Shown piece after piece: positions 1-8,607 of a stretch of 64,000 nucleotides of DNA (positions are counted from its first letter, which is position 1; each line of letters starts with the position of its first letter). Under the pieces are notes generated by a model, which saw only the letters and a list, made by a program, of their open reading frames with translations, was not told the DNA's origin and ran no database searches. The stretch is from an uncultured Alphaproteobacteria bacterium (lineage in GTDB: Bacteria > Pseudomonadota > Alphaproteobacteria > Rs-D84): positions 248,617 through 312,616 of the forward strand of contig CANSHD010000001.1 of the NCBI GenBank assembly GCA_947646585.1, in the 5' to 3' direction. The position numbers and the translations under genes are program-made.

Positions 1-365
1 TCCAGCGTGCGAACGTTCTGGATAAATTGGGCATCGGCGACGTTGTCCGCGGCCAGGCCCAGACGGTTCTGTTCTTCCGCAATCCGGCGGCGGACGCAAA
101 CGATTACGCGCACTGGAATTTGAATCCGCTGGAAATGGCGTTCATTCAGGGCAAGGCGTATCCGAATTTAAAGCGCGCGGTGTTGCTGTCGCGGCCCGTG
201 ACGGGTGAATCCGTTATTTTGAATACGGAACTGGGGGGCTTGGGCAATCTGCTGCGTCTGTTTGAATCCGGACGCTCGTCGGTGCTGCTGGCCGAAGAGC
301 TATATAAAATGTACGGTACAAATTTCGTATCGGAATATCTAAAACGTCAAGGCGGCGATGTATAA
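1..365 (+). CDS. hypothetical protein, probably 5'-truncated by the window edge (frame open from nt 3; first in-window start is TTG at 27)
   Basis: ORF open to the window start; no recognisable motif; 3' end overlaps the next ORF by 8 nt. Confidence 0.35.
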   Translation, partial: QRANVLDKLGIGDVVRGQAQTVLFFRNPAADANDYAHWNLNPLEMAFIQGKAYPNLKRAVLLSRPVTGESVILNTELGGLGNLLRLFESGRSSVLLAEELYKMYGTNFVSEYLKRQGGDV

Positions 366-975
366 GGCTCTGTTTCTTTGTTTTCTGTGCATGGTGCTGC
401 CGAACGCGGCGCGCGGCGAAGACGACTGCATGGCATATAAAATCCGGCCGCGAATAACGGTGTCCGCCCCGGAATGGACCAAGCAGGTGGTGCAGCCGTT
501 AAAAGAAATGGATTTGCTGCACGGTGACGTGATTGCGACGCTGGTTGACAATTACGACATAACAGGCGACGTCACAGGGATAGAGGACGGATTCTGCGTG
601 TCTTTGAAATCCGTGGCCGCAACCGTCGGGTACAGTGATTTCTTGGTTCAGATTGACATGCGTCATGTACCCGGCACGTGCACATACAATGCCGTTTTAT
701 CGCACGAGGACGAGCATATCCGTGCATACATGTCCATCATCAATGATTTTCAGACGGAACTGCACGATGCGATTTATGCGGCGGCGGATTCGGTAATGCC
801 CGTCTTTGTTCGCAATGAAGAGGATATAGACACCGCACTGGACACGTTGAACAAGAATCTGCAGTCGCACCCCGACGTTATTTTGGTGAAGCAAAAGATT
901 CGCGCGGCCGAGGAAATAAGGAACAAGCGCGTGGATGAAAACGACGACGGCGCGCGTCTGAAGCAGTGCATGTAA
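358..975 (+). CDS. secreted hypothetical protein with HExxH motif (SHEDEH); putative small metallopeptidase-like protein
   Basis: N-terminal hydrophobic signal-like segment MYKALFLCFLCMVLPNAARG; HEDEH motif; 205 aa. Confidence 0.5.
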   Translation: MYKALFLCFLCMVLPNAARGEDDCMAYKIRPRITVSAPEWTKQVVQPLKEMDLLHGDVIATLVDNYDITGDVTGIEDGFCVSLKSVAATVGYSDFLVQIDMRHVPGTCTYNAVLSHEDEHIRAYMSIINDFQTELHDAIYAAADSVMPVFVRNEEDIDTALDTLNKNLQSHPDVILVKQKIRAAEEIRNKRVDENDDGARLKQCM

Positions 976-978
976 TTT

Positions 979-1644
979 TTGCGCATGAAAGACATATTCA
1001 AGAAAGTTTTATTGTGGTTTTTCTCGGTCATAATATGCGGTATTTTGGTTGGCATACTGGGCAACCGGGTATATTACGAATATTTTGAAAAGACAAATCT
1101 GGCATACGCCAGCGAGACTTTCCGCATGGCGTACAAAGACAGCCAGATGCGCAAAAATCTTAAAATCACAATCAACGGCAAAAATGTGAACGAGCTCTAT
1201 ATTACAACCGTGACTTTGGTTAACAATGGAAACGCAACGTTGTCCCGCCCCGATTTCAAGGCCGAGACCGACCCCCTGCGCATAGAGGGCAAGCACATGG
1301 AAAGCGTTTTCGTGGACAAGATAAACACAACCGCAAATTCGCGTATCGCACTGGTAAAGCGCCGCGGCGGCATGCGCGTTAATTTCAAATGGATAAATCC
1401 CGGCGACAAGATTGTGTTAAAGGTCGTGCACCAGCGGCCATCCGACAACATTCGGGTGCGCGGTTCGTTTCACGGCATTTCGCGCATAACGCGAATGGAC
1501 GACGATTACAACAAACTGGCATACACGCGTCGGCACATAATATGTGTCGGCATTGTCACGGCAATCGGCACGATACTGTTGATTGCGGCGGTGATTGGCG
1601 GCGTGCTGTTAATGCACCGCGGCCGGATTTCTAAAACAAAGTAA
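979..1644 (+). CDS. hypothetical membrane protein (N- and C-terminal TM helices)
   Basis: TM segments LLWFFSVIICGILVGILG and IICVGIVTAIGTILLIAAVIGGVLL; 4-nt gap from upstream ORF. Confidence 0.5.
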   Translation: MRMKDIFKKVLLWFFSVIICGILVGILGNRVYYEYFEKTNLAYASETFRMAYKDSQMRKNLKITINGKNVNELYITTVTLVNNGNATLSRPDFKAETDPLRIEGKHMESVFVDKINTTANSRIALVKRRGGMRVNFKWINPGDKIVLKVVHQRPSDNIRVRGSFHGISRITRMDDDYNKLAYTRRHIICVGIVTAIGTILLIAAVIGGVLLMHRGRISKTK

Positions 1645-2311
1645 ATTTATTACGGAACGCTTCGCGCAGGGCGTGGTCGGTTTCCTGACGGCTCATGCCG
1701 CTTTCATGCAGATATTGAATCTGCGGTGAGGTCGGCGAATACAGCGACGCACTGTGTCCCGCGGACAATGGCACGGCCGATATGTACTGTGCCGGCATAA
1801 ATTCAACGCGCGCGCCCGCATCGCACATTGCACAGAATGTTATGTCGGATATGCAGTCGGCGGCGCCGCGTTCAATAACCGCGGCACCGGACAGTTTTGA
1901 TTTGCTGCCCCCCCCCGCGATAATGTTTGTTTGAACCAAAATGCCGGTGTTTTCGGCCCCGTGAACACCGCGGCAATCAAATTCCAATTCGCTATGGTTT
2001 TCCAACAAAACATGTCCGCGAATTTCAGAATTTTTCCCGGTGTTTTTGATAAAAATGTTAAAAAAGGCCGGCTTTTTGTTTTTTACGTTAACATCCAAAA
2101 ACACCGGCTGATTTTCAGCGTTGATTTCAATATTCAGCTCGTTTTTCCCGGCGATTTCACCAATATATATGATATGTACCGGCAAGTCGTAATGGGTGTC
2201 AATCGGGGCGCACGGCAGTGTTGATAAATCTGCGCAATATACGCCGTCGCGATAGACAATCGTCTCCGCGGCAAAGGTTTTTATATTGAATTCGTCCCAC
2301 ATGTATGACAT
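1631..2311 (-). CDS. SufB/SufD-family Fe-S assembly protein, C-terminal domain only (short, possibly a remnant)
   Basis: C-terminus IQYLHESGMSRQETDHALREAF resembles the conserved SufB/SufD tail (..LFYLrSRGi.eeAr.LLv.aF); 226 aa vs ~430 typical; no sufBC nearby. Confidence 0.4.
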   Translation of the reverse strand: MSYMWDEFNIKTFAAETIVYRDGVYCADLSTLPCAPIDTHYDLPVHIIYIGEIAGKNELNIEINAENQPVFLDVNVKNKKPAFFNIFIKNTGKNSEIRGHVLLENHSELEFDCRGVHGAENTGILVQTNIIAGGGSKSKLSGAAVIERGAADCISDITFCAMCDAGARVEFMPAQYISAVPLSAGHSASLYSPTSPQIQYLHESGMSRQETDHALREAFRNKFTLF

Positions 2312-2338
2312 ATTGTCACCATTATAAAGGATTTATAA

Positions 2339-3418
2339 ATGGGATTCAATTGTGGAATTGTGGGCCTGCCGAACGTGGGCAAATCAACATTGTTTAACGC
2401 ATTGACGCAATCGGCGGCGGCCGACGCACAGAATTATCCGTTCTGTACGATTGAGCCGAACACCGGACGCGTGGTTGTGCCCGACGCAACGCTGCATAAT
2501 CTGGCGGGCGTGTCCGGCGCGGCGCGCATTATTCCGACACAGCTGGAAATTGTGGATATCGCCGGGTTGGTAAAGGGCGCCTCTGCGGGCGAGGGACTGG
2601 GGAACAAATTCCTTGGCAACATATTGTCAACCGACGCGATAATTCATGTGGTGCGCTGCTTTGAAAATGATGACATTGTGCACGTTAACGGGCGAATAGA
2701 CCCGCTGGGCGACATTGATACGATTGAAACGGAATTGATGCTGGCCGATATGGAAAGCCTGGACAAGCAGATAAAGAATCTGGAGAAAAAGGCCCGCGGT
2801 CTGGACAAGGACGCGGCAAAGATGTTGGCCGACGCAAACGCATTGCGTGATGCGCTGGCGTCCGGTACACCGGCGCGTTTGTCCGGCATAGACGCGTCGC
2901 CGTTTAATCTGTTGACGGCAAAGCCCGTGATTTACGTATGCAACGTGGACGAGGTGTCGGCCGCAACCGGAAACGCGTTTTCAAACGCCGTGCGCGAAAA
3001 GTTCGGTGCGACAAATCCGGTGCTGGTCATATCTTCAAAGATAGAAATGGAAATTTCACAAATCGTGGACCCGGCGGAACGCAAAATGTTCTTGGACGAT
3101 TTGGGCCTGTCGGAATCCGGCCTGGACCAGGTTATAAAGACCGGATATGCGACGCTGGGCCTGCAGACGTTTTACACCATCGGCCCGAAAGAGGCGCATG
3201 CCTGGACAATAACCAAAGGGTGCACAGCGCCTCAGGCGGCGGGAAAAATCCACACCGATTTTGAAAAGGGGTTTATCCGCGCCGAAATAATATCCCCGGC
3301 CGATTACATTGAACTGGGGGGCGAGGTTGCCGTCAAAGAAGCCGGCCGCATGCGTCTGGTCGGGCGTGATTACGTCATGAACGAAGGCGACATATGCCAC
3401 TTTTTGTTCAACAATTAA
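2339..3418 (+). CDS. ychF: ribosome-binding ATPase YchF
   Basis: MGFNCGIVGLPNVGKSTLFNALT P-loop N-terminus; TGS-domain tail ..MNEGDICHFLFNN; 359 aa. Confidence 0.92.
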   Translation: MGFNCGIVGLPNVGKSTLFNALTQSAAADAQNYPFCTIEPNTGRVVVPDATLHNLAGVSGAARIIPTQLEIVDIAGLVKGASAGEGLGNKFLGNILSTDAIIHVVRCFENDDIVHVNGRIDPLGDIDTIETELMLADMESLDKQIKNLEKKARGLDKDAAKMLADANALRDALASGTPARLSGIDASPFNLLTAKPVIYVCNVDEVSAATGNAFSNAVREKFGATNPVLVISSKIEMEISQIVDPAERKMFLDDLGLSESGLDQVIKTGYATLGLQTFYTIGPKEAHAWTITKGCTAPQAAGKIHTDFEKGFIRAEIISPADYIELGGEVAVKEAGRMRLVGRDYVMNEGDICHFLFNN

Positions 3419-3511
3419 AAATGTTAAAAAACACCGGCACCCGGGCCCTGCAAAAATCACAAAGATTTTTGTGGGTGGTGATTTGCCGGCGTTTTTTATA
3501 GGTATTTTTCC

Positions 3512-3546
3512 AAAAAAAATCCCCCGTTCGGGGGGGATTTTTTTAT
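3512..3546. terminator. bidirectional rho-independent terminator (ychF / TPR gene)
   Basis: aaaaaaaatcccccgttcgggggggattttttt: GC stem flanked by A-run and T-run. Confidence 0.8.
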
Positions 3547-4595
3547 TCCGTAACGGTTTGGGTTTCCGTAACCTCGGTCACCTGGACCGGGGCCGGCGCC
3601 GTCACATTGTCCAGGTCGCGAATCAGACCCTGCAGACGTTCAACACTTTCCGTGTCGTTCAGTGCGGCCGCGATTGTCATCGACGATTCCAAATCGCTGC
3701 GCGCGGCGTCCATGTTGCCAATCTTTAAATTCAGCGCGGCGGACTTTTCAAAATAGCTCATCGCGCGTGACGACAGGGATTCGCGTTCGTCCGCGGACGT
3801 CGCACCCTGAATCTGTTCGGATATTACGCGAACGGCGCTACTGTAGTCATTGATTGCGGCGGCATAGCTGCCCAGTGCGGTCAACGCCTCGGCGCGTTCC
3901 GCATAAACGTTCGGCGATACCACGCCGTCCGGCAGTGCCAGCGAGTTTGTATAGTCGGCAATCGCCCCTTCCCAGTTTTTCAACCACAGGTTCAACTGGC
4001 CGCGGCGCGCATACAAGTCACGCATCTGCAGAACATTGTTCGGACGCGCGGTGCGTGCGGCCAGTGCGCTGTTGATGTCGTTCAATGCGGCCGTATAATT
4101 TTCCATGCGCGTGTTTACCAGCGCACGGTCGTAATATGCGATGGAGTTCTGGCTGTCTTTTTCCAGTGCGGCGTTAAAGTCGTCCATTGCCGCGGCATAG
4201 TTGCCGGCCTGCATATATGCCTCGCCACGCAGAACCAATGCGTCGATGTTGTCGTCGGCGGCCTCTACGGCGGCGGTCAAATCCGCAACCGCGGCGTCGA
4301 TATCGCCGGACAGCAATTTTGTTTTTCCGCTTTCATAATAATCGCCGGATTGCAACAAGGCCTCTTCCGTGATTTCGACATTGTTGTTTTCAGACGGTGT
4401 AATGCCGCCGTGGCTGCGTCCCAGAATATAGAACGTTGCCGCGATGAAAAACAGGATGATGAACCAGTAAATATAAATCGACAGCGACCACGCCGAGCCG
4501 GATTTCTTTTCAACAGGCGTTGCGCGAACCTGCGCTTTTGCCGGATTTGCAGCCTTTTTGGCGGGTGCAGTTTTCTTTGCAGGTGTTTTTTTCAT
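3543..4595 (-). CDS. membrane-anchored TPR-repeat protein
   Basis: Lys/Ala-rich N-terminus, one TM (IYIYWFIILFFIAATFYIL), then repeated A/Y/N-rich TPR-like units (AYMQAGNYAAA, AYYDRALVN..). Confidence 0.65.
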   Translation of the reverse strand: MKKTPAKKTAPAKKAANPAKAQVRATPVEKKSGSAWSLSIYIYWFIILFFIAATFYILGRSHGGITPSENNNVEITEEALLQSGDYYESGKTKLLSGDIDAAVADLTAAVEAADDNIDALVLRGEAYMQAGNYAAAMDDFNAALEKDSQNSIAYYDRALVNTRMENYTAALNDINSALAARTARPNNVLQMRDLYARRGQLNLWLKNWEGAIADYTNSLALPDGVVSPNVYAERAEALTALGSYAAAINDYSSAVRVISEQIQGATSADERESLSSRAMSYFEKSAALNLKIGNMDAARSDLESSMTIAAALNDTESVERLQGLIRDLDNVTAPAPVQVTEVTETQTVTE

Positions 4596-4624
4596 GTATA
4601 AATCTCCCTTCCTTGTATTGAATA

Positions 4625-5326
4625 TTAGAGAGATTTTAACATTTCGTCAATGGTTTTCTGCGGCACCTGTCTTATTTGTCCGGGCGCCAGATTTCCAAGC
4701 GTTATCGGCCCAAAGGAAATACGCCGCAAATGATGCACCGACGCGCGGCATGCACGCAGTACAATTCGCACCTCGTTCTTTTTCCCCTCGGTCACGACGA
4801 CGCGCAGATTATTGTCGTCCAAAACGTCAATCTGCATCGGACGGTATTTTACGCCGTCCACCGTAATCCCGCGCCGCGCCGCATCCAGATGGGAAAAATC
4901 GTTCCCGTTGACGGTCGCGATATATGTGCGCGGAATGTGCGACGACGGCAGTGTTAAACGCCGCGCCAGTTCCCCGTCATCGGTCAGAAGCAGCAACCCC
5001 GTCGTCTTGTAATCCAGGCGGCCCACATATTTTAAACCCCTGTATTCCGGCGCCAGACAGTCGTACACCGTTTTACGCCCCGCCGGGTCGCGTACGGTTG
5101 TCATTGTGTTGATGGGTTTATGAAACGCGTACAGGTGTGACGCACTGCGCGGCTTTACGATTTTTCCGTCAATGGAAACGGTGTCAGTTTCGGGATTTAC
5201 AAAGCATACGGGTGTTTGCACAACATTGCCGTTTATTGCCACGCGCCCGGATAAAATCATAGCCTCCGCCTCGCGTCGCGATGCGACGCCGGCGTCTGCG
5301 ATGAATTTTGCGATGCGCAGTGTCAT
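4625..5326 (-). CDS. rRNA pseudouridine synthase, RsuA/RluB family (S4 domain + PseudoU_synth_2)
   Basis: MTLRIAKFIADAGVASRREAEAMILSGRVAING S4-like N-terminus; LYAFHKP..GRLD catalytic Asp region; ATGA overlap with rsmE. Confidence 0.8.
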   Translation of the reverse strand: MTLRIAKFIADAGVASRREAEAMILSGRVAINGNVVQTPVCFVNPETDTVSIDGKIVKPRSASHLYAFHKPINTMTTVRDPAGRKTVYDCLAPEYRGLKYVGRLDYKTTGLLLLTDDGELARRLTLPSSHIPRTYIATVNGNDFSHLDAARRGITVDGVKYRPMQIDVLDDNNLRVVVTEGKKNEVRIVLRACRASVHHLRRISFGPITLGNLAPGQIRQVPQKTIDEMLKSL

Positions 5327-5979
5327 TTCATGCCAATCCTTGAAATTGCGACGACGGCGGCAACCTCGGCCCGCAGGATTGTCGCCCCCAGTGATATTCC
5401 GCGCGCCCCGGCCGCGTCCAGTGCGGCGAATTCGTCGTCTGAAAATCCGCCCTCCGGCCCGATTAAGACGGATTTTGCCGAGACGCTGCCATTGACATTG
5501 CCGCCGTGCGCGGCGCGCTCGTCTGCGAATACAACGCCCGACAAATCCAAATCTGAAAACTTTATCACGGGCATTATTTCCGGCACGCTGTTGCGGTTGG
5601 ACTGCTCGGCCGCCTCAGCCGCGATTTTACGCATCCGGTCCCAGTTTATATGCGCCGCGTTTGTGCGTGCGGTGATTACGGGCTGAAAACGTGCGACGCC
5701 CATCTGGGTCGCCATGTTGATTAAATCGTCCGTGCGCTTTATCGGTGCAAACATCAGTGTTATGTCACCGGCCGGGTCGGCGTGCGCGGTTTTTTCGCCG
5801 ATTGTAATGCTTTTCCCGTCGGGTGACAGATGCGCCGCAAATTCCACCCCGCTGTTAAATACCAGAAAATCGTTCGTGCGCATGACGCGCGTCAAATAAT
5901 GCGCCGTGTCGCGCGGTGCCGGAATAATATCGCCGGATTTTATAGGGGTATTTATAAAAATGCGCGGAATGTTTTTCAT
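5323..5979 (-). CDS. rsmE: 16S rRNA (uracil1498-N3)-methyltransferase RsmE
   Basis: MKNIPRIFI.. N-terminus typical of RsmE; C-terminal ..ISLGATILRAEVAAVVAIS SPOUT motif; start taken at the internal MKNIPRIF (ORF extends to 6012). Confidence 0.8.
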   Translation of the reverse strand: MKNIPRIFINTPIKSGDIIPAPRDTAHYLTRVMRTNDFLVFNSGVEFAAHLSPDGKSITIGEKTAHADPAGDITLMFAPIKRTDDLINMATQMGVARFQPVITARTNAAHINWDRMRKIAAEAAEQSNRNSVPEIMPVIKFSDLDLSGVVFADERAAHGGNVNGSVSAKSVLIGPEGGFSDDEFAALDAAGARGISLGATILRAEVAAVVAISRIGMK

Positions 5980-6011
5980 TTTATGTTTTTTTCTGATATA
6001 ATCATAACACA

Positions 6012-8210
6012 ATGGCAGAGAAGTTCAAGATTTTATCGGCCGGCGGTTCGTCCAAGGGCCTCAATATTTTCAAGTCCAGCGCCTATAAAGAGCACGAGCG
6101 TAAACCGTTCGCGTCACTGTTCTGGTCGTTGCGCTGGGCGATTGGAATATGGCTGGCGTGCGCGCTGGCGTTCGGATTATCGTTTATTGCCGAGCATTTC
6201 TGGCGGTACGGTTTTTCGCCCGCGTCTTGGCGCTGGATGTGGATATATTTAGGTAATGCGGCATCGACATTGGGGCTGTCGGTGGTGGCGGAAATTCCTG
6301 CATGGATTACGCGTTGCGTTGCGCGGCCCGACATGGCGTGTATGGCGCCGCTGTTGCCGGTGGTGGCGTACTTTTTCCTGGCCGATGCGACATTGGTCAA
6401 AGAATTTAATCCGTACGGCAACGACAAATTTGCAGAAAAATCTTCAAACAAGGCCACAAAAGAAGACATTGAAAAAATGGGCCTGCTTAACGGATTTATG
6501 ATGGTGCTGGGGTACTTTAAGAAAAAGCCGTTGATGATGGACGAATGCCTGTCGGCGTTGTGCGTGGCGCCTCCCGGGACCGGTAAGACCCAGGGTGTCG
6601 TTCTGCCGACAATTTTCGACTGTCCCCAGGTGTCGATGATTATCAACGACCCGAAACCGGAATTAAAGCAGAAATCCAGCGCATACCGCGCGACCATCGG
6701 GCCGGTGTTCATTATGAACTGGGCGGGCCAGGACGACCCGGAAAGGGGTATTTATTATCCGTCTTGGAATCCGCTGTCGCCCGAGCACGTACCCTTTAAT
6801 ACCGAGCAGCGCGATTTGTATATCGATTCCATCTGCAATGTTTTGGTTGCGGAAAAGGCGTCGTCGTCCGCGGACCCGCACTGGACGATATCCGGTCGTG
6901 CGGCGCTGTCCGGATTGATTCAGTTTATCGTGTCCAAGGTGGAGCGCGCCAAGGCCGACGACTATTTTTACTCGCGCATTGCCAGCGGCACGTTTGACGC
7001 CGAAGATGCGGCCGTTTTGTCGGATTATTATCTGTCGATGATAAACGACCCGAACGCCTATGCGGCCAGTGCGATTTTACAGCGCGGCGAATTGAACGCG
7101 ATGAACTATGTCCATATCGGAACATGGGAAAACATACCCGACGCATGGAAGGGCAAAGAAGCGTCGCTGTCGATGATTCTGGACTGGCTGAACGCGTCCC
7201 AGATTGCGATTGCCCAGGACCTTGAAAACCGCCGCCGCCAGGGCGACCAGATGGTAATGATGGCGGACCCGATGAAGGACTTGTTCCTGGGCGCGGTTGA
7301 AGAGGCGCGCCGTTATGCATATGCGCATCGTGCGATTCTGGAATTGACCCAGCTGGCCAACACCCCGGACAAGGAACGCGGCAGTATCCTGTCAACCGTG
7401 ATGGCGGGCCTGTCGATATTCCGTAATGCGGCGGTGCGGAACCGGACCAGCCATTCGGACTTCCATTTCTCTGACATGCGCGGCCTGCGCGACCCGCGCG
7501 ACGGCAAGATTAAGCCGGTCACGGTATATCTCTCAATCAACATGGTTGATGCCGAGGCATTGAATCCGATTACCGGAATATTTATAGAATTGATGTCGTC
7601 ATACCTGCTGGCCAACGCGCCCGAGGGCGTGCGCGACGGCCAGAAACTGGGGCCGTATCCTGTACTGTTCCTGTTGGACGAAATGCCGAAAATGCAAAAG
7701 CTGCAGGCGGTGATTCAGGGACCGGACCTGGGACGCGGACAAAAGATATCGTACCTGATTATCGGCCAGGATATTCACCAGATTGCGGAAAAATACGGCC
7801 AGGACGCGGCGGCGACGATTATATCCACAACCGCGGCAAAAATTGTTCTGCGCCAGAACGACCCGGACACTGCAAAGCGCTTTTCCGACATGATGGGTTA
7901 CAAGATGAAGATAAAGACGGACAAGGACGGCAAGGAATCCACCGGCGAGGAATTGCTGTACACGCCGATGGATATTATGAAGCTGGACAAGAAAAAGCAG
8001 CTGGTCATATTCCAGGGGTATTACAACCGCCCGATTGAGGCCGACCACCAGGAAGCATGGCAGGACCCGCGTTTGTCGGGATACATGGCGATGGGCGAAT
8101 CGTCGCCGCTGCCGGAATTTTTAATACCGTCGCACCATGCGGCCATGGGGTACGGCGGCGCGCCGCGCATATATAATCCCCAAACGCACGAGGTTAAGAT
8201 TTTGGCATAA
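6012..8210 (+). CDS. virD4: type IV secretion coupling protein, VirD4/TraG/TraD family ATPase
   Basis: N-terminal TM helices; Walker A VAPPGTGKTQGVVLPT; Walker B-like VLFLLDEMPKM; conserved IIGQDIHQI..TAAKIVLRQND region; 732 aa. Confidence 0.8.
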   Translation: MAEKFKILSAGGSSKGLNIFKSSAYKEHERKPFASLFWSLRWAIGIWLACALAFGLSFIAEHFWRYGFSPASWRWMWIYLGNAASTLGLSVVAEIPAWITRCVARPDMACMAPLLPVVAYFFLADATLVKEFNPYGNDKFAEKSSNKATKEDIEKMGLLNGFMMVLGYFKKKPLMMDECLSALCVAPPGTGKTQGVVLPTIFDCPQVSMIINDPKPELKQKSSAYRATIGPVFIMNWAGQDDPERGIYYPSWNPLSPEHVPFNTEQRDLYIDSICNVLVAEKASSSADPHWTISGRAALSGLIQFIVSKVERAKADDYFYSRIASGTFDAEDAAVLSDYYLSMINDPNAYAASAILQRGELNAMNYVHIGTWENIPDAWKGKEASLSMILDWLNASQIAIAQDLENRRRQGDQMVMMADPMKDLFLGAVEEARRYAYAHRAILELTQLANTPDKERGSILSTVMAGLSIFRNAAVRNRTSHSDFHFSDMRGLRDPRDGKIKPVTVYLSINMVDAEALNPITGIFIELMSSYLLANAPEGVRDGQKLGPYPVLFLLDEMPKMQKLQAVIQGPDLGRGQKISYLIIGQDIHQIAEKYGQDAAATIISTTAAKIVLRQNDPDTAKRFSDMMGYKMKIKTDKDGKESTGEELLYTPMDIMKLDKKKQLVIFQGYYNRPIEADHQEAWQDPRLSGYMAMGESSPLPEFLIPSHHAAMGYGGAPRIYNPQTHEVKILA

Positions 8211-8240
8211 AAAACACCGGGTTTTCCCGGTGTTTTTATG
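8209..8240. terminator. bidirectional rho-independent terminator (virD4 / ybaB)
   Basis: aaaacaccgggttttcccggtgttttt. Confidence 0.8.
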
Positions 8241-8253
8241 TGTTTTTTACGCC

Positions 8254-8553
8254 CTATTCCGGCATCGGCATGCCGGCCGTTGCGTCGCCCATAATCTTGT
8301 CGATTGTGGCGTCGGCCTTTGCTTTTGCGTCACGAAACGCGGCGGTAACGGCCGCGGCGATTGCATCCGCACCGGCGGCCGCCAGCGCGTCGCTGATTTT
8401 GAAATCCTTTAAATCGTATTTGCCGGTCATCGTCACAATGCATGCGCCGCCGTCCGCGATTCCGCGAACCGTTGTCTTGTCCAGCAAATCCTGCGCGGCG
8501 GATACCCTGTCCTGCAGTTCGCGCGCCTGTGCCATAAATGATTCCATATCCAT
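8254..8553 (-). CDS. ybaB: nucleoid-associated protein YbaB/EbfC
   Basis: MDMESFMAQARELQDRVSAAQDLL..GGACIVTMTGKYDLKDFKI matches YbaB family; start set at internal MDMESF. Confidence 0.8.
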   Translation of the reverse strand: MDMESFMAQARELQDRVSAAQDLLDKTTVRGIADGGACIVTMTGKYDLKDFKISDALAAAGADAIAAAVTAAFRDAKAKADATIDKIMGDATAGMPMPE

Positions 8554-8607
8554 TTTATTCCCCTCGCATTTTTTTTGCCGCCGGAATAATCCGGCGGCAT
8601 GTGTCAC

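Noticed and set aside
8560-8607. Hairpin tgccgccggaataatccggcggca between ybaB and pnp as a terminator
   Set aside because: Flanked by T-run on the wrong side for the minus-strand pnp transcript (A-run follows on minus strand); may be a processing stem but not a canonical intrinsic terminator
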